Origin: Akkermansia sp.
GTDB taxonomy: Bacteria > Verrucomicrobiota > Verrucomicrobiia > Verrucomicrobiales > Akkermansiaceae
Reading direction: 5' to 3'
Length of the DNA stretch: 64,000 bases
Assembly (NCBI GenBank): GCA_017517385.1
Contig: JAFWZG010000039.1
Coordinates: 6,153 to 70,152, forward strand
Shown: positions 37,448 through 45,420 of the stretch, piece after piece
How the letters are laid out: each line of letters starts with the position of its first letter
Numbering within the stretch: position 1 is the first letter of the stretch
The notes under the pieces: model-generated
Seen by the model: the letters and a program-made list of their open reading frames with translations, nothing else
What the model was told of the DNA's origin: nothing
Database searches by the model: none
Translations under genes and position numbers: made by a program

Positions 37448-37966
37448 TTAATTTGAAACGGAGGAGGATTCAGCGGGCATATCCAGCTCCACCTCCTGTT
37501 TGCGCAGGAGCTGAGAGCCTATTCTAACGCCCGTGGAAAATGAACGGGTAACGATGGGGAATGCGCCGGGGGCAAGCACGCGGTTCACCTTCACGGCCCG
37601 CTGCAAGGCAGGCGTCCAATCAGCGGAGCGCAGCAGCTCCACCCCCTGCGTTTTCAGCAAGGCTCGCAATTGATCTGCAATTTCACCGATGGCGGCTCGC
37701 TCCGCGGGAGGATAAACTGACAAGCTTTCCAGTTCATCCAAAAAATCCACCATCAGCAGTATGCGCGTTGCAGGGGCGTCAACAGGAGCCTGCAGGCCGG
37801 CAAGGCGGCTGAGAAGAAAATCCTGCAAGTCTCCCTCCGGCACTCTGCGGGCGATATCCTGCTGAAGGGCTAATTCATCCTCCAGAGCGCGCCCCTCGGG
37901 AACGGCCTCCTCAGAGGCGGTTCCCGGCTTTCCGGAGAAGAGGTATTTTGAGAGAAACTCCCACAT
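37448..37966 (-). CDS. GrpE-like protein
   Basis: Helical N-terminus, then LKTQGVELL...WTPALQRAV...V.....GVRIGSQLLRKQEVEL, matching the GrpE head pattern L...GV....FDP..H.AV...V.....GY.L..RLLRPA.V.V. Confidence 0.65.
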   Translation of the reverse strand: MWEFLSKYLFSGKPGTASEEAVPEGRALEDELALQQDIARRVPEGDLQDFLLSRLAGLQAPVDAPATRILLMVDFLDELESLSVYPPAERAAIGEIADQLRALLKTQGVELLRSADWTPALQRAVKVNRVLAPGAFPIVTRSFSTGVRIGSQLLRKQEVELDMPAESSSVSN

Positions 37967-37997
37967 GGTTCCAATTACTTCAGGCGTTTAAATGGTA

Positions 37998-39872
37998 TCA
38001 AGCAGGAAAAAGCACCGCAAGAACATCATTGAAGAGCTTCTTTCCGGCAGCCAGCTCAGTCTTGGCCTCACGCAGCTCGCGAGCTGAGATACCGGCTCGA
38101 TTCTGGATTTGCTGAGCCTCTCGCTGCAAGGCGGCCTCTTCATTCCTGAGGTACTCTTCCACGGATTCCGTAGCCTCGGTTGCAGCGCGATTGTGCAGTA
38201 AGCCTACAGAGCGGGAAATCTCCTGACCGGCCACATTCAGCGCGCGCTCCAGCAGGGAAATCAGAACCTGCTTTTGCTGCTTCAGGTTAGCCTCATTCAC
38301 ATTACTGCCGCCCTGTACACCACCCCAGATAGCACCGATTGCCGCACCGGCAAAACCGCCAAGAGCCGTACCAACAATCGGCACAACGGAGCCAACGATA
38401 GAGCCCACAACGTATCCGGCACTGGAGCCAAGAGATACACCCATGGAGGCACCCCGCACCTGCTCATAGAGCTTTGCCCCGTTCACGCCGTCCTCTATCG
38501 GGCTGAGCACGTTCGCCACTCGAGCGTCCGTCATGGCGCAATTCTCCACGGAAAGCTTACTTGCCGTAACCTCGTTTGTGAGACGGCAAATTCCTTTACT
38601 TACGCCCTGTGCATAGGTATCTACAATGGCCCGGAACTCATTCTTAAGAGACTCTAAGAGGGCTTCTTTCAACGGCAACTGCCCGGCAGAGCTATCACCC
38701 TCCAGAAGCTTCTTAAGACTGCCGAAATCCTGGCAAGCGTTCACCTTTGAGATAATCTCCATATACATGGCACCGCCCAGCCCCACAGAGGTGCAGCTCT
38801 GCATAGCCTGTTGATAGTTCAAATCCATCATACGCTTGAGGGGCGTGAGATAATTATTTTTAATATTCAGCTTCCACTCAGTGAAATCAGCTTTGGCTTT
38901 TTCCGCCTGCTTCATCAGTGCGTCCAGCTCTTCCTGAGCCTCCGTGTCCAGCATCTTGCTGCGAGAAGTAAGCAGAGTGCGGCAGCGCTGAAGCACCGGT
39001 GTCCACAACTGGGCCTGACGCTTCACGGCCATCATATTCTTCTCTATCAGCATCTTATCACAGCAGAAGGATTGCAGGTTCGGATACCCGCTGTCATCCA
39101 AATCATCCTCATCAGCATCCGGGTTAAACACATCCGCACAATCTAGGAGGAAATAGAGGCAGCCGGTCTTATAAAAATCCGGAAAGTTCTCATTAATGAT
39201 GGAAAGGTTATTCTCGCGACGGCGCTGAGCATCAGCCATCCCTATGGAGAGCACTTTGGTCTGCACGAAGAAGAGGTTGGACGTCACCTCCAGCACATCC
39301 TTAATGTACTGGCACTCCAGATTGCCGAAGGGGGCTTTATGATCCGTTACAAAGAATACGGCATCCGCCTGAGATACATAGCGATAAGTAATGGCTCGGT
39401 GGGCCTTGTACATACCGCCCAAACCGGGCGTATCTATCAGACAGAAACCACTCTTCAGGAACTCAGAGGGGCATGTTATCTCGATATAATCCACGCCCTT
39501 TTCATTCAAGGGATTGCCCTTTTCAGTACCATATGCCGTCACTTCACAAGCCGGAATGAAGAGGGGCTCCCTTGCAGGGGTGCCATCCTCTGCGGGCAGA
39601 AAGTGCACAGCGTAGGTAAGATGCTCACCGTAGGTCACCCGGTACACACAGGATGTGGCAATCCCGGTATCCACCGGCACAAGATTTTCCACCCCCAGAA
39701 GCGCGTTGACGAAAGAAGATTTGCCTTTCTTCACTTCACCCAGCACCACGATATTAAACAAGCCTTTCTCGAACTCATCAAGCTTGCTCATGTAATGCCC
39801 GGATACCGGCTCTCCGGCCAGTTTCTCATGCAATTTTGCCAGTTGTTTTAAAGACGATACGATATTTTTCAT
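37998..39872 (-). CDS. Bacterial dynamin-like GTPase (IniA/LeoA/DLP1-like) with glycine-zipper membrane paddle
   Basis: G1 GEVKKGKSS, G2 GIAT, G3 IDTPGLG. Hydrophobic Gly-rich hairpin GVSLGSSAGYVVGSIVG...GGFAGAAIGAIWGG. Confidence 0.9.
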   Translation of the reverse strand: MKNIVSSLKQLAKLHEKLAGEPVSGHYMSKLDEFEKGLFNIVVLGEVKKGKSSFVNALLGVENLVPVDTGIATSCVYRVTYGEHLTYAVHFLPAEDGTPAREPLFIPACEVTAYGTEKGNPLNEKGVDYIEITCPSEFLKSGFCLIDTPGLGGMYKAHRAITYRYVSQADAVFFVTDHKAPFGNLECQYIKDVLEVTSNLFFVQTKVLSIGMADAQRRRENNLSIINENFPDFYKTGCLYFLLDCADVFNPDADEDDLDDSGYPNLQSFCCDKMLIEKNMMAVKRQAQLWTPVLQRCRTLLTSRSKMLDTEAQEELDALMKQAEKAKADFTEWKLNIKNNYLTPLKRMMDLNYQQAMQSCTSVGLGGAMYMEIISKVNACQDFGSLKKLLEGDSSAGQLPLKEALLESLKNEFRAIVDTYAQGVSKGICRLTNEVTASKLSVENCAMTDARVANVLSPIEDGVNGAKLYEQVRGASMGVSLGSSAGYVVGSIVGSVVPIVGTALGGFAGAAIGAIWGGVQGGSNVNEANLKQQKQVLISLLERALNVAGQEISRSVGLLHNRAATEATESVEEYLRNEEAALQREAQQIQNRAGISARELREAKTELAAGKKLFNDVLAVLFPA

Positions 39873-39913
39873 AACGGTAAACTTTGCGGTTAAGTTTAAA
39901 AATTGTTTTAAGG

Positions 39914-40759
39914 TTAATACAGGTCCATATCCTCCGAGATGTTCATATCCAGGTCATTATCCACCCCCGAATCCGGCAAGTCGTCATCATCATCATTGAG
40001 GCTAGCAAGCCCCGGAGAGTACCCGGCAGCCAGAGCCGGCTCAAGTGTAGTATCATCCGCCATAAAGTCCTCAATCATGCCACCGATGGTCTCACACACC
40101 ATTCCCAACGCTCCACCGGGTGTCACAATTTCAGAAACCTGAGAGATAATGGAACCCGCAGAGGACAACAGAGAATCCGTAAAACTTTCATCCAGATTGG
40201 CTACCTCAGGAATATCCGGAGCTTCAGTGGTAGAAACCATGAAGAAGTTCGAGTCGGACCACGCATCCACAAACTGCTCGTACGGATAACTGCGGCAACA
40301 GCCGGAGCCGGGATCCGTCACTATCACCTGCACATTCTGAGGGTCTCTCACATCCACACCGGTCACAAGAAGGGCATGATCCGGCACCTGCCCCAAAGCG
40401 CTATCCTCATAAAACTCCTGCAGGGGTTCCCAAAGCTCACCGGAATCCACACCGACTATCACCTGATGCCCCTGTGCCAACTCATTCATAAGAGTGGCGA
40501 CGTTACCCGAGAGGAACGTCTGAGTGCTCACGCCGTGCAGTTCAAGCAGCTTACCGATATCCCCCATGGGGGTACCATTCGTTGTCAGCAATCCATGCTC
40601 AAAAGCTACATCCATAAGCTGCTGCTCCGTTACATCCACCCCGAACATATTGAGGATGAGCTGCTGGCTTTTAACAGCACAGGTATAATCGGTACCCTGC
40701 TGAATTTCATCGGGAGAGAACGGGCTGATAGTCTGGCCGTACACTGAATCTGTAGTCAT
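39914..40759 (-). CDS. C39-like papain-fold cysteine peptidase with acidic C-terminal tail
   Basis: QQGTDYTC (oxyanion Gln and Cys), DHALLVTG (His), TDPGSG (Asp). Tail DDDDDLPDSGVDNDLDMNISEDMDLY. No signal peptide. Confidence 0.8.
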   Translation of the reverse strand: MTTDSVYGQTISPFSPDEIQQGTDYTCAVKSQQLILNMFGVDVTEQQLMDVAFEHGLLTTNGTPMGDIGKLLELHGVSTQTFLSGNVATLMNELAQGHQVIVGVDSGELWEPLQEFYEDSALGQVPDHALLVTGVDVRDPQNVQVIVTDPGSGCCRSYPYEQFVDAWSDSNFFMVSTTEAPDIPEVANLDESFTDSLLSSAGSIISQVSEIVTPGGALGMVCETIGGMIEDFMADDTTLEPALAAGYSPGLASLNDDDDDLPDSGVDNDLDMNISEDMDLY

Positions 40760-40907
40760 AATCTTAGCGTAAATGATAATGTTTTGCGGATGTGGGAATG
40801 AATTCGCTCAGCATCCGAACTGAGTCGAATTGTAATACCGTCTATCTTCTCTGACACTGAATATCAGTTTTTATTCAAAAAAATTTTACCCCATAGCTTT
40901 GTCCAAC

Positions 40908-40936
40908 ATATTACAATACACCAGAACATGAGTCAA
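40908..40936 (-). promoter_or_regulatory. Promoter of the peptidase-dynamin operon
   Basis: Minus strand TTGACT, 17 bp, TAATAT. Confidence 0.55.
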
Positions 40937-40939
40937 CAT

Positions 40940-40972
40940 AAAAAACCGCCTCTCCTGCGAAAGGAGAGACGG
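40940..40972 (-). terminator. Terminator of the dehydrogenase gene
   Basis: Minus strand CCGTCTCTCCT/AGGAGAGGCGG followed by T6. Confidence 0.8.
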
Positions 40973-41002
40973 CGCTGTGTATACAGGTGAAGCTTAAGAG
41001 AA

Positions 41003-42232
41003 TTACTCCGTCACGCGGAGAGCAGCGGCCTGCTCTTCTGTGAGCTCGATGCACTGCCAAGGCAGCCCGTACTGATTCAGAGCCTCCATGAAGGGATCAG
41101 GGTCATTCTGCTCCATGTTGAACACGCCCTCACCGCTCCAAGTACCGGTCATCATCATGCGGCCACCGATGGCGGCGGGCACGCCGGTCGTGTAAGAAAT
41201 AGCCTGGGAACCTACCTCGCGGAAGCACTCTTCGTGGTCGCAGATGTTGTAGATGTATACAGCCTTGTACTTACCATCCTTCTTACCCTGAATCACGCAG
41301 CCAATGCAGGTGCGGCCGTGAGTGGTCTTGCCGAGGTCACCGGGGTTCGGGAGCACAGCCTTGAGGAACTGGAGCGGTACGATTTCCACGCCATTGTACA
41401 TCACGGGGTCGATGCGGGTCATACCCACATTCTTCAACACGGTGAGGTGGTTGATGTAGTTCGGGGAGAAGCTCATCCAGAACTGAGCACGCTTAATGGT
41501 GGGAATATGCTTCACGAGGGACTCCATCTCCTCGTGGTACATGCGGTAAATCTCATAAGTCCCCACGCCATCCGGGCAGGTAAAGGGCTGGTGCATGCTC
41601 ATGGCACCGGTCTCTTGGAAATCACCGTTCTCCCAGTGGCGACAGGGGGCGGACACCTCGCGGATGTTAATTTCCGGGTTGAAGTTCGTAGCGAAGGCTT
41701 GGCCATGGTCACCGCCGTTCACGTCAATGATATCAAGGTACTCAATCTCATCAAAGTGGTGCTTGAGAGCCCAAGCGGTGTACACATTGGTCACGCCGGG
41801 GTCAAAGCCGGAACCCAGCAGAGCGAAGAGGCCGGCCTTCTGGAAGCGCTCATGATAGGCCCACTGCCAGCTGTACTCGAATTTGGCCACATCGCGGGGC
41901 TCATAGTTAGCAGTATCCAAGTAGTTCACTCCGGCCTCAAGGCAAGCGTCCATGAGAGGAAGGTCCTGATAAGGCAGAGCCACATTCAGCACGAGGTCGG
42001 GCTGCACTTCCTTGATGAGAGCCACCGTGGCAGCCACATCATCAGCGTCCACCGCGTGGGTGGTAATCTGCACGCCGCTGCGCGCCAGCACATCGGCCGC
42101 AATCGCATCGCACTTGCTCTTGGTACGCGAAGCCAGATGGATGTTCTTGTAGACATCTGCCATCTGGGCACACTTGTGAGCCACCACATGGCCCACACCA
42201 CCAGCTCCGATAATGAGTACAGTGTTGTTCAT
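41003..42232 (-). CDS. Carboxy(nor)spermidine dehydrogenase (saccharopine dehydrogenase family)
   Basis: Start reassigned to MNNTVLIIGAGGVG. NVALPYQD, YLDTANYE, GSGFDPG, NFNPEINIRE, HEE.ESL and SYTTGVPA motifs. Confidence 0.9.
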   Translation of the reverse strand: MNNTVLIIGAGGVGHVVAHKCAQMADVYKNIHLASRTKSKCDAIAADVLARSGVQITTHAVDADDVAATVALIKEVQPDLVLNVALPYQDLPLMDACLEAGVNYLDTANYEPRDVAKFEYSWQWAYHERFQKAGLFALLGSGFDPGVTNVYTAWALKHHFDEIEYLDIIDVNGGDHGQAFATNFNPEINIREVSAPCRHWENGDFQETGAMSMHQPFTCPDGVGTYEIYRMYHEEMESLVKHIPTIKRAQFWMSFSPNYINHLTVLKNVGMTRIDPVMYNGVEIVPLQFLKAVLPNPGDLGKTTHGRTCIGCVIQGKKDGKYKAVYIYNICDHEECFREVGSQAISYTTGVPAAIGGRMMMTGTWSGEGVFNMEQNDPDPFMEALNQYGLPWQCIELTEEQAAALRVTE

Positions 42233-42314
42233 TGCGCCGCAAGAGTGCACTATAACGGGCAGGAAGTCAATGCGAAAATACTCACGCAAATAAATAAGTC
42301 GGTCATACAGACGA

Positions 42315-42344
42315 AGCAGGGCGGCTTAATGAGGCCGCCCTGCT
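42315..42344. terminator. GC-rich hairpin after the aldehyde dehydrogenase gene
   Basis: AGCAGGGCGGC/GCCGCCCTGCT perfect 11-bp stem. Confidence 0.6.
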
Positions 42345-42363
42345 CTGTATGCGCTCTGTTATA

Positions 42364-43728
42364 TCAGCGTAAGAAGAAGCGTAAAAGCTTCTCGGCAAAG
42401 GAAGAATAGGGATGGTAGCGCATGGGCAAATCCAGCCAATTTGCCTTCGTCAGCACGGATTTGTAGTGCGTGAAGGTATCAAAGCCGGCCTTGCCATGGT
42501 AGGAGCCCATTCCGCTGTCACCCACACCGCCGAAGGGCAAGCCATGCACGGCGAGGTGAATGATGGTATCATTCACGCAGCCGCCACCAAAGGAAAGGTG
42601 GTTCACAAAGCGTTTTTCATTCTTGGAGCTGGTGGTGAAAAGATAGGATGCCAACGGGCGGGGGCGGCTAAGTACGAAGCGCTCTACCTCCTCCCACTTG
42701 TCCCAAGTGAGCATAGGCAGAATCGGCCCGAAGATTTCCTCCTGCATGCAGGGAGAGTCCGGCGTCACCTCATCCAGCAGCGTGGGCTCAATACGGAGCG
42801 TAGCAGCATCCCCCTTACCGCCGATGACGGCAGTAGCCCCCTGCATGAGAGACATCAGGCGGTTAAAGTGCTTCTCGTTGATAATATGGGTGAAAGTTTC
42901 ATCCTGAAGCGGGTTCTCGCCGAGCATGCGCTTCACCTCCTCACGATAAGCAGTGATGAACTCCTGCTTACGGCTGCTGTGAATGAAGAGATAATCCGGG
43001 GCCACACAGGTCTGGCCTGCATTCAGAATCTTACCGAAGGCAATACGGCGAGCTGCCACGCGGATATTTGCCGTTTCATCCACGATGCAGGGGCTCTTGC
43101 CGCCCAGCTCCAGAGTAACGGGGGTAAGGTGGCGGGAGGCAGCCTCCATCACCACATGCCCCACCACGGGGCTACCGGTGAAGAAGATGTAATCAAACTT
43201 CTCCTTCAGCAAGGCGCCGATTTCGTTTCGCCCGCCCAGCACAGTAGTCACATACTCCGCGGGGAAAATGCTGCCGAGCATCTCAGCAATCACAGCGGAG
43301 GTGGCGGGAGACATGGAGGAAGGCTTCACCACGGCACAGTTACCTGCCGCCAGAGCCGCGGCCAGCGGGTCTAGGCAAAGCAGGATGGGGTAATTCCACG
43401 GGCTCATGATGAGTGTCACACCATAGGGCTCCGGCTGCACGCGGCAAGTGGACGGGAACTGAGCCAGCGGAGCCATCACCTTCTTGGGACGGCTCCATTT
43501 GCGCAGGTGGCTGATATTTTCGCTCAAGCCGGCCAGCACCATACCGATTTCGGTCATGTAGGTCTCCGTGCCGCACTTACCGAGGTCAGCCATCAGCGCC
43601 TCAGCAATTCGGGGCTCCCACTCCTGAATAGCTTTCTTCAGCTTCTTTAAAGCGGCAAGACGAAACTTAACGTCACGCGTGGCATGCGTGAGGAAAAAAC
43701 TGCGTTGTTTTTCAACAATATCGTGCAT
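42364..43728 (-). CDS. Aldehyde dehydrogenase (ALDH3/CALDH-like)
   Basis: PWNYP, FFTGS, LELGGKSP, NAGQTCVAPDY and EEIFGPILP motifs. Confidence 0.95.
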   Translation of the reverse strand: MHDIVEKQRSFFLTHATRDVKFRLAALKKLKKAIQEWEPRIAEALMADLGKCGTETYMTEIGMVLAGLSENISHLRKWSRPKKVMAPLAQFPSTCRVQPEPYGVTLIMSPWNYPILLCLDPLAAALAAGNCAVVKPSSMSPATSAVIAEMLGSIFPAEYVTTVLGGRNEIGALLKEKFDYIFFTGSPVVGHVVMEAASRHLTPVTLELGGKSPCIVDETANIRVAARRIAFGKILNAGQTCVAPDYLFIHSSRKQEFITAYREEVKRMLGENPLQDETFTHIINEKHFNRLMSLMQGATAVIGGKGDAATLRIEPTLLDEVTPDSPCMQEEIFGPILPMLTWDKWEEVERFVLSRPRPLASYLFTTSSKNEKRFVNHLSFGGGCVNDTIIHLAVHGLPFGGVGDSGMGSYHGKAGFDTFTHYKSVLTKANWLDLPMRYHPYSSFAEKLLRFFLR

Positions 43729-43729
43729 A

Positions 43730-44917
43730 TCAGTAAGCGGCTTTTAGGATTTCAATAACCTGATTTTCATCAGCCGTACGCGGGTTCACAATGAGGGCGC
43801 CGTCATTAATCGCCACCTGTGCCACCTGAGCGAAAGAATCCGGGCTGACGCCGGCATCCTTCAGCGTCAGCGGAATACCGCAGATATTAGCCAGATTACG
43901 GCAGAGTTTTTCCAGAGCCTCGATAGCAGCTTCTGCTCGCTCGGAGGCGGGCACACTCTGCGCGGCGTCCATCCCTACCAAATAGGGCAAGAGTTCAGCA
44001 TAGCCCGCGCGGCAGTGGCTGAGATTGTAACGCATCACATGCGGAAGCAGAATCGTCATAGCGACAGCATGAGGCACATGGCACACACCGCCCAGCGCAT
44101 GGCCAATGGCATGCACCGCGCCCACCATGGAGTTAGAGAATGCTATACCGGCCATGGTGGAAGCAAGAGCCATGGAGAAGCGAGCCTGCTTATCCTTGCC
44201 ATTACGTGTGGCCGTTTCCACGTTTTCGGCCAGAAGACGGATAGCTGCCGTGGCATATGCGGAGCTGAGAGGGTTCGCCTGCTGGCAGGTGTAAGCCTCG
44301 ATAGCATGCACCATGGCATCCATACCGGTGGTCGCCGTAGCCTTCGGGGGAAGGCCGATTGTCATACGCGGGTCAATTACTGCGATATCAGGCTCCACAT
44401 AGGGTGAAAGGAACTCCATTTTCACGCCGTTATCATCATTGCGGATAACAGCCACGCCCGTACACTCCGAGCCGGTTCCGGCCGTGGTGGGCACCACAAT
44501 AAACGGCACGTGGCGTCCACGCACCAAATTATTCAGCCCACTGAGCGAAAGAATATCCTGCTTATTCTGCGAAAGCACGAGGCGCACCCCCTTAGCAGTA
44601 TCAATCACAGAGCCACCGCCCACAGCCACGATGGAATCGCAGCCCTGCTCGCGGTAGAATGAGGCAATCTGATTCACCACTGCCAAGGAAGAATCCACCG
44701 GAATATCAGAGAACACGGCAGTAGGGCTCACCCCTTCGGATTCCATGGCGCAGATAACTGTAGAAAGCGTGCCGATTTTTGTCAGCACAGCATCAGAGAG
44801 CATCAGGGGCTTCTCCGCGCCCATGAGCTCAAGCTCAATGGCTATGCGCTCCAGTGACAATTCGCCGCAAAGCAGTTTCACGGCATTCTGAAATTCAAAA
44901 TATGGTACCATAATCAA
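43730..44917 (-). CDS. Iron-containing alcohol dehydrogenase
   Basis: GGGSVIDTAK, PTTAGTGSE, DAMVHAIEAY, HAIGH and HAVAM motifs. Confidence 0.95.
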   Translation of the reverse strand: MIMVPYFEFQNAVKLLCGELSLERIAIELELMGAEKPLMLSDAVLTKIGTLSTVICAMESEGVSPTAVFSDIPVDSSLAVVNQIASFYREQGCDSIVAVGGGSVIDTAKGVRLVLSQNKQDILSLSGLNNLVRGRHVPFIVVPTTAGTGSECTGVAVIRNDDNGVKMEFLSPYVEPDIAVIDPRMTIGLPPKATATTGMDAMVHAIEAYTCQQANPLSSAYATAAIRLLAENVETATRNGKDKQARFSMALASTMAGIAFSNSMVGAVHAIGHALGGVCHVPHAVAMTILLPHVMRYNLSHCRAGYAELLPYLVGMDAAQSVPASERAEAAIEALEKLCRNLANICGIPLTLKDAGVSPDSFAQVAQVAINDGALIVNPRTADENQVIEILKAAY

Positions 44918-45414
44918 CGGGAAAGTTTATATTTACATGTCAGGAAGCCCAGCGCAATACGGGCATAGGCGCGCAGAAAACACACCTCAGTCTCCGGCAC
45001 ATCCGTCATGATGCGCCGCGTGATGACCTTCGGGAACAAGTAGGACTCCACCAGATTTACCAGACGCGCCAAGCGCATCACATCCGCCACTTCTCCTCCC
45101 ATGGTGAATGCCTGGCGGGCATAGGCCTGAGAAAGCCCCATCTGCCCGGTGAAAAGTCGGAAAGAAAGCGGCATACTCTTAATGCGCAGGGCACAGGTGG
45201 GCAGCGGCAAATCAGCGAGGCGGTGCAGCTTCCCATCCTTCCACTGCACATGCAGCACAGGGCCGCCGTGACCGGTGCGGATGCTATAGCTAAGCCCCTC
45301 GGGCATGCGGGCGAACTCCTGCGCCACCCGACTGTCCAGCGCCATAAGCTCCACCAGTGCAGCGTGCACCACACGCAGCACAATAGCGACGATTAACGAT
45401 TGAATGGCTCTCAT
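44914..45414 (-). CDS. SCP2 (sterol carrier) fold-like lipid-binding protein
   Basis: Pattern 'L.I...L...LFTGQMG..QAYA....T..G.V...M.L' typical of SCP2/UbiJ-like folds. Translationally coupled to the ADH gene. Confidence 0.55.
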   Translation of the reverse strand: MRAIQSLIVAIVLRVVHAALVELMALDSRVAQEFARMPEGLSYSIRTGHGGPVLHVQWKDGKLHRLADLPLPTCALRIKSMPLSFRLFTGQMGLSQAYARQAFTMGGEVADVMRLARLVNLVESYLFPKVITRRIMTDVPETEVCFLRAYARIALGFLTCKYKLSR

Positions 45415-45420
45415 GCGCGT

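Noticed and set aside
40905-40940. Possible Verrucomicrobia LexA box (TGTTC-N4-GAACA) at the dynamin operon promoter
   Set aside because: Only one GAACA half-site is present, with no correctly spaced partner.
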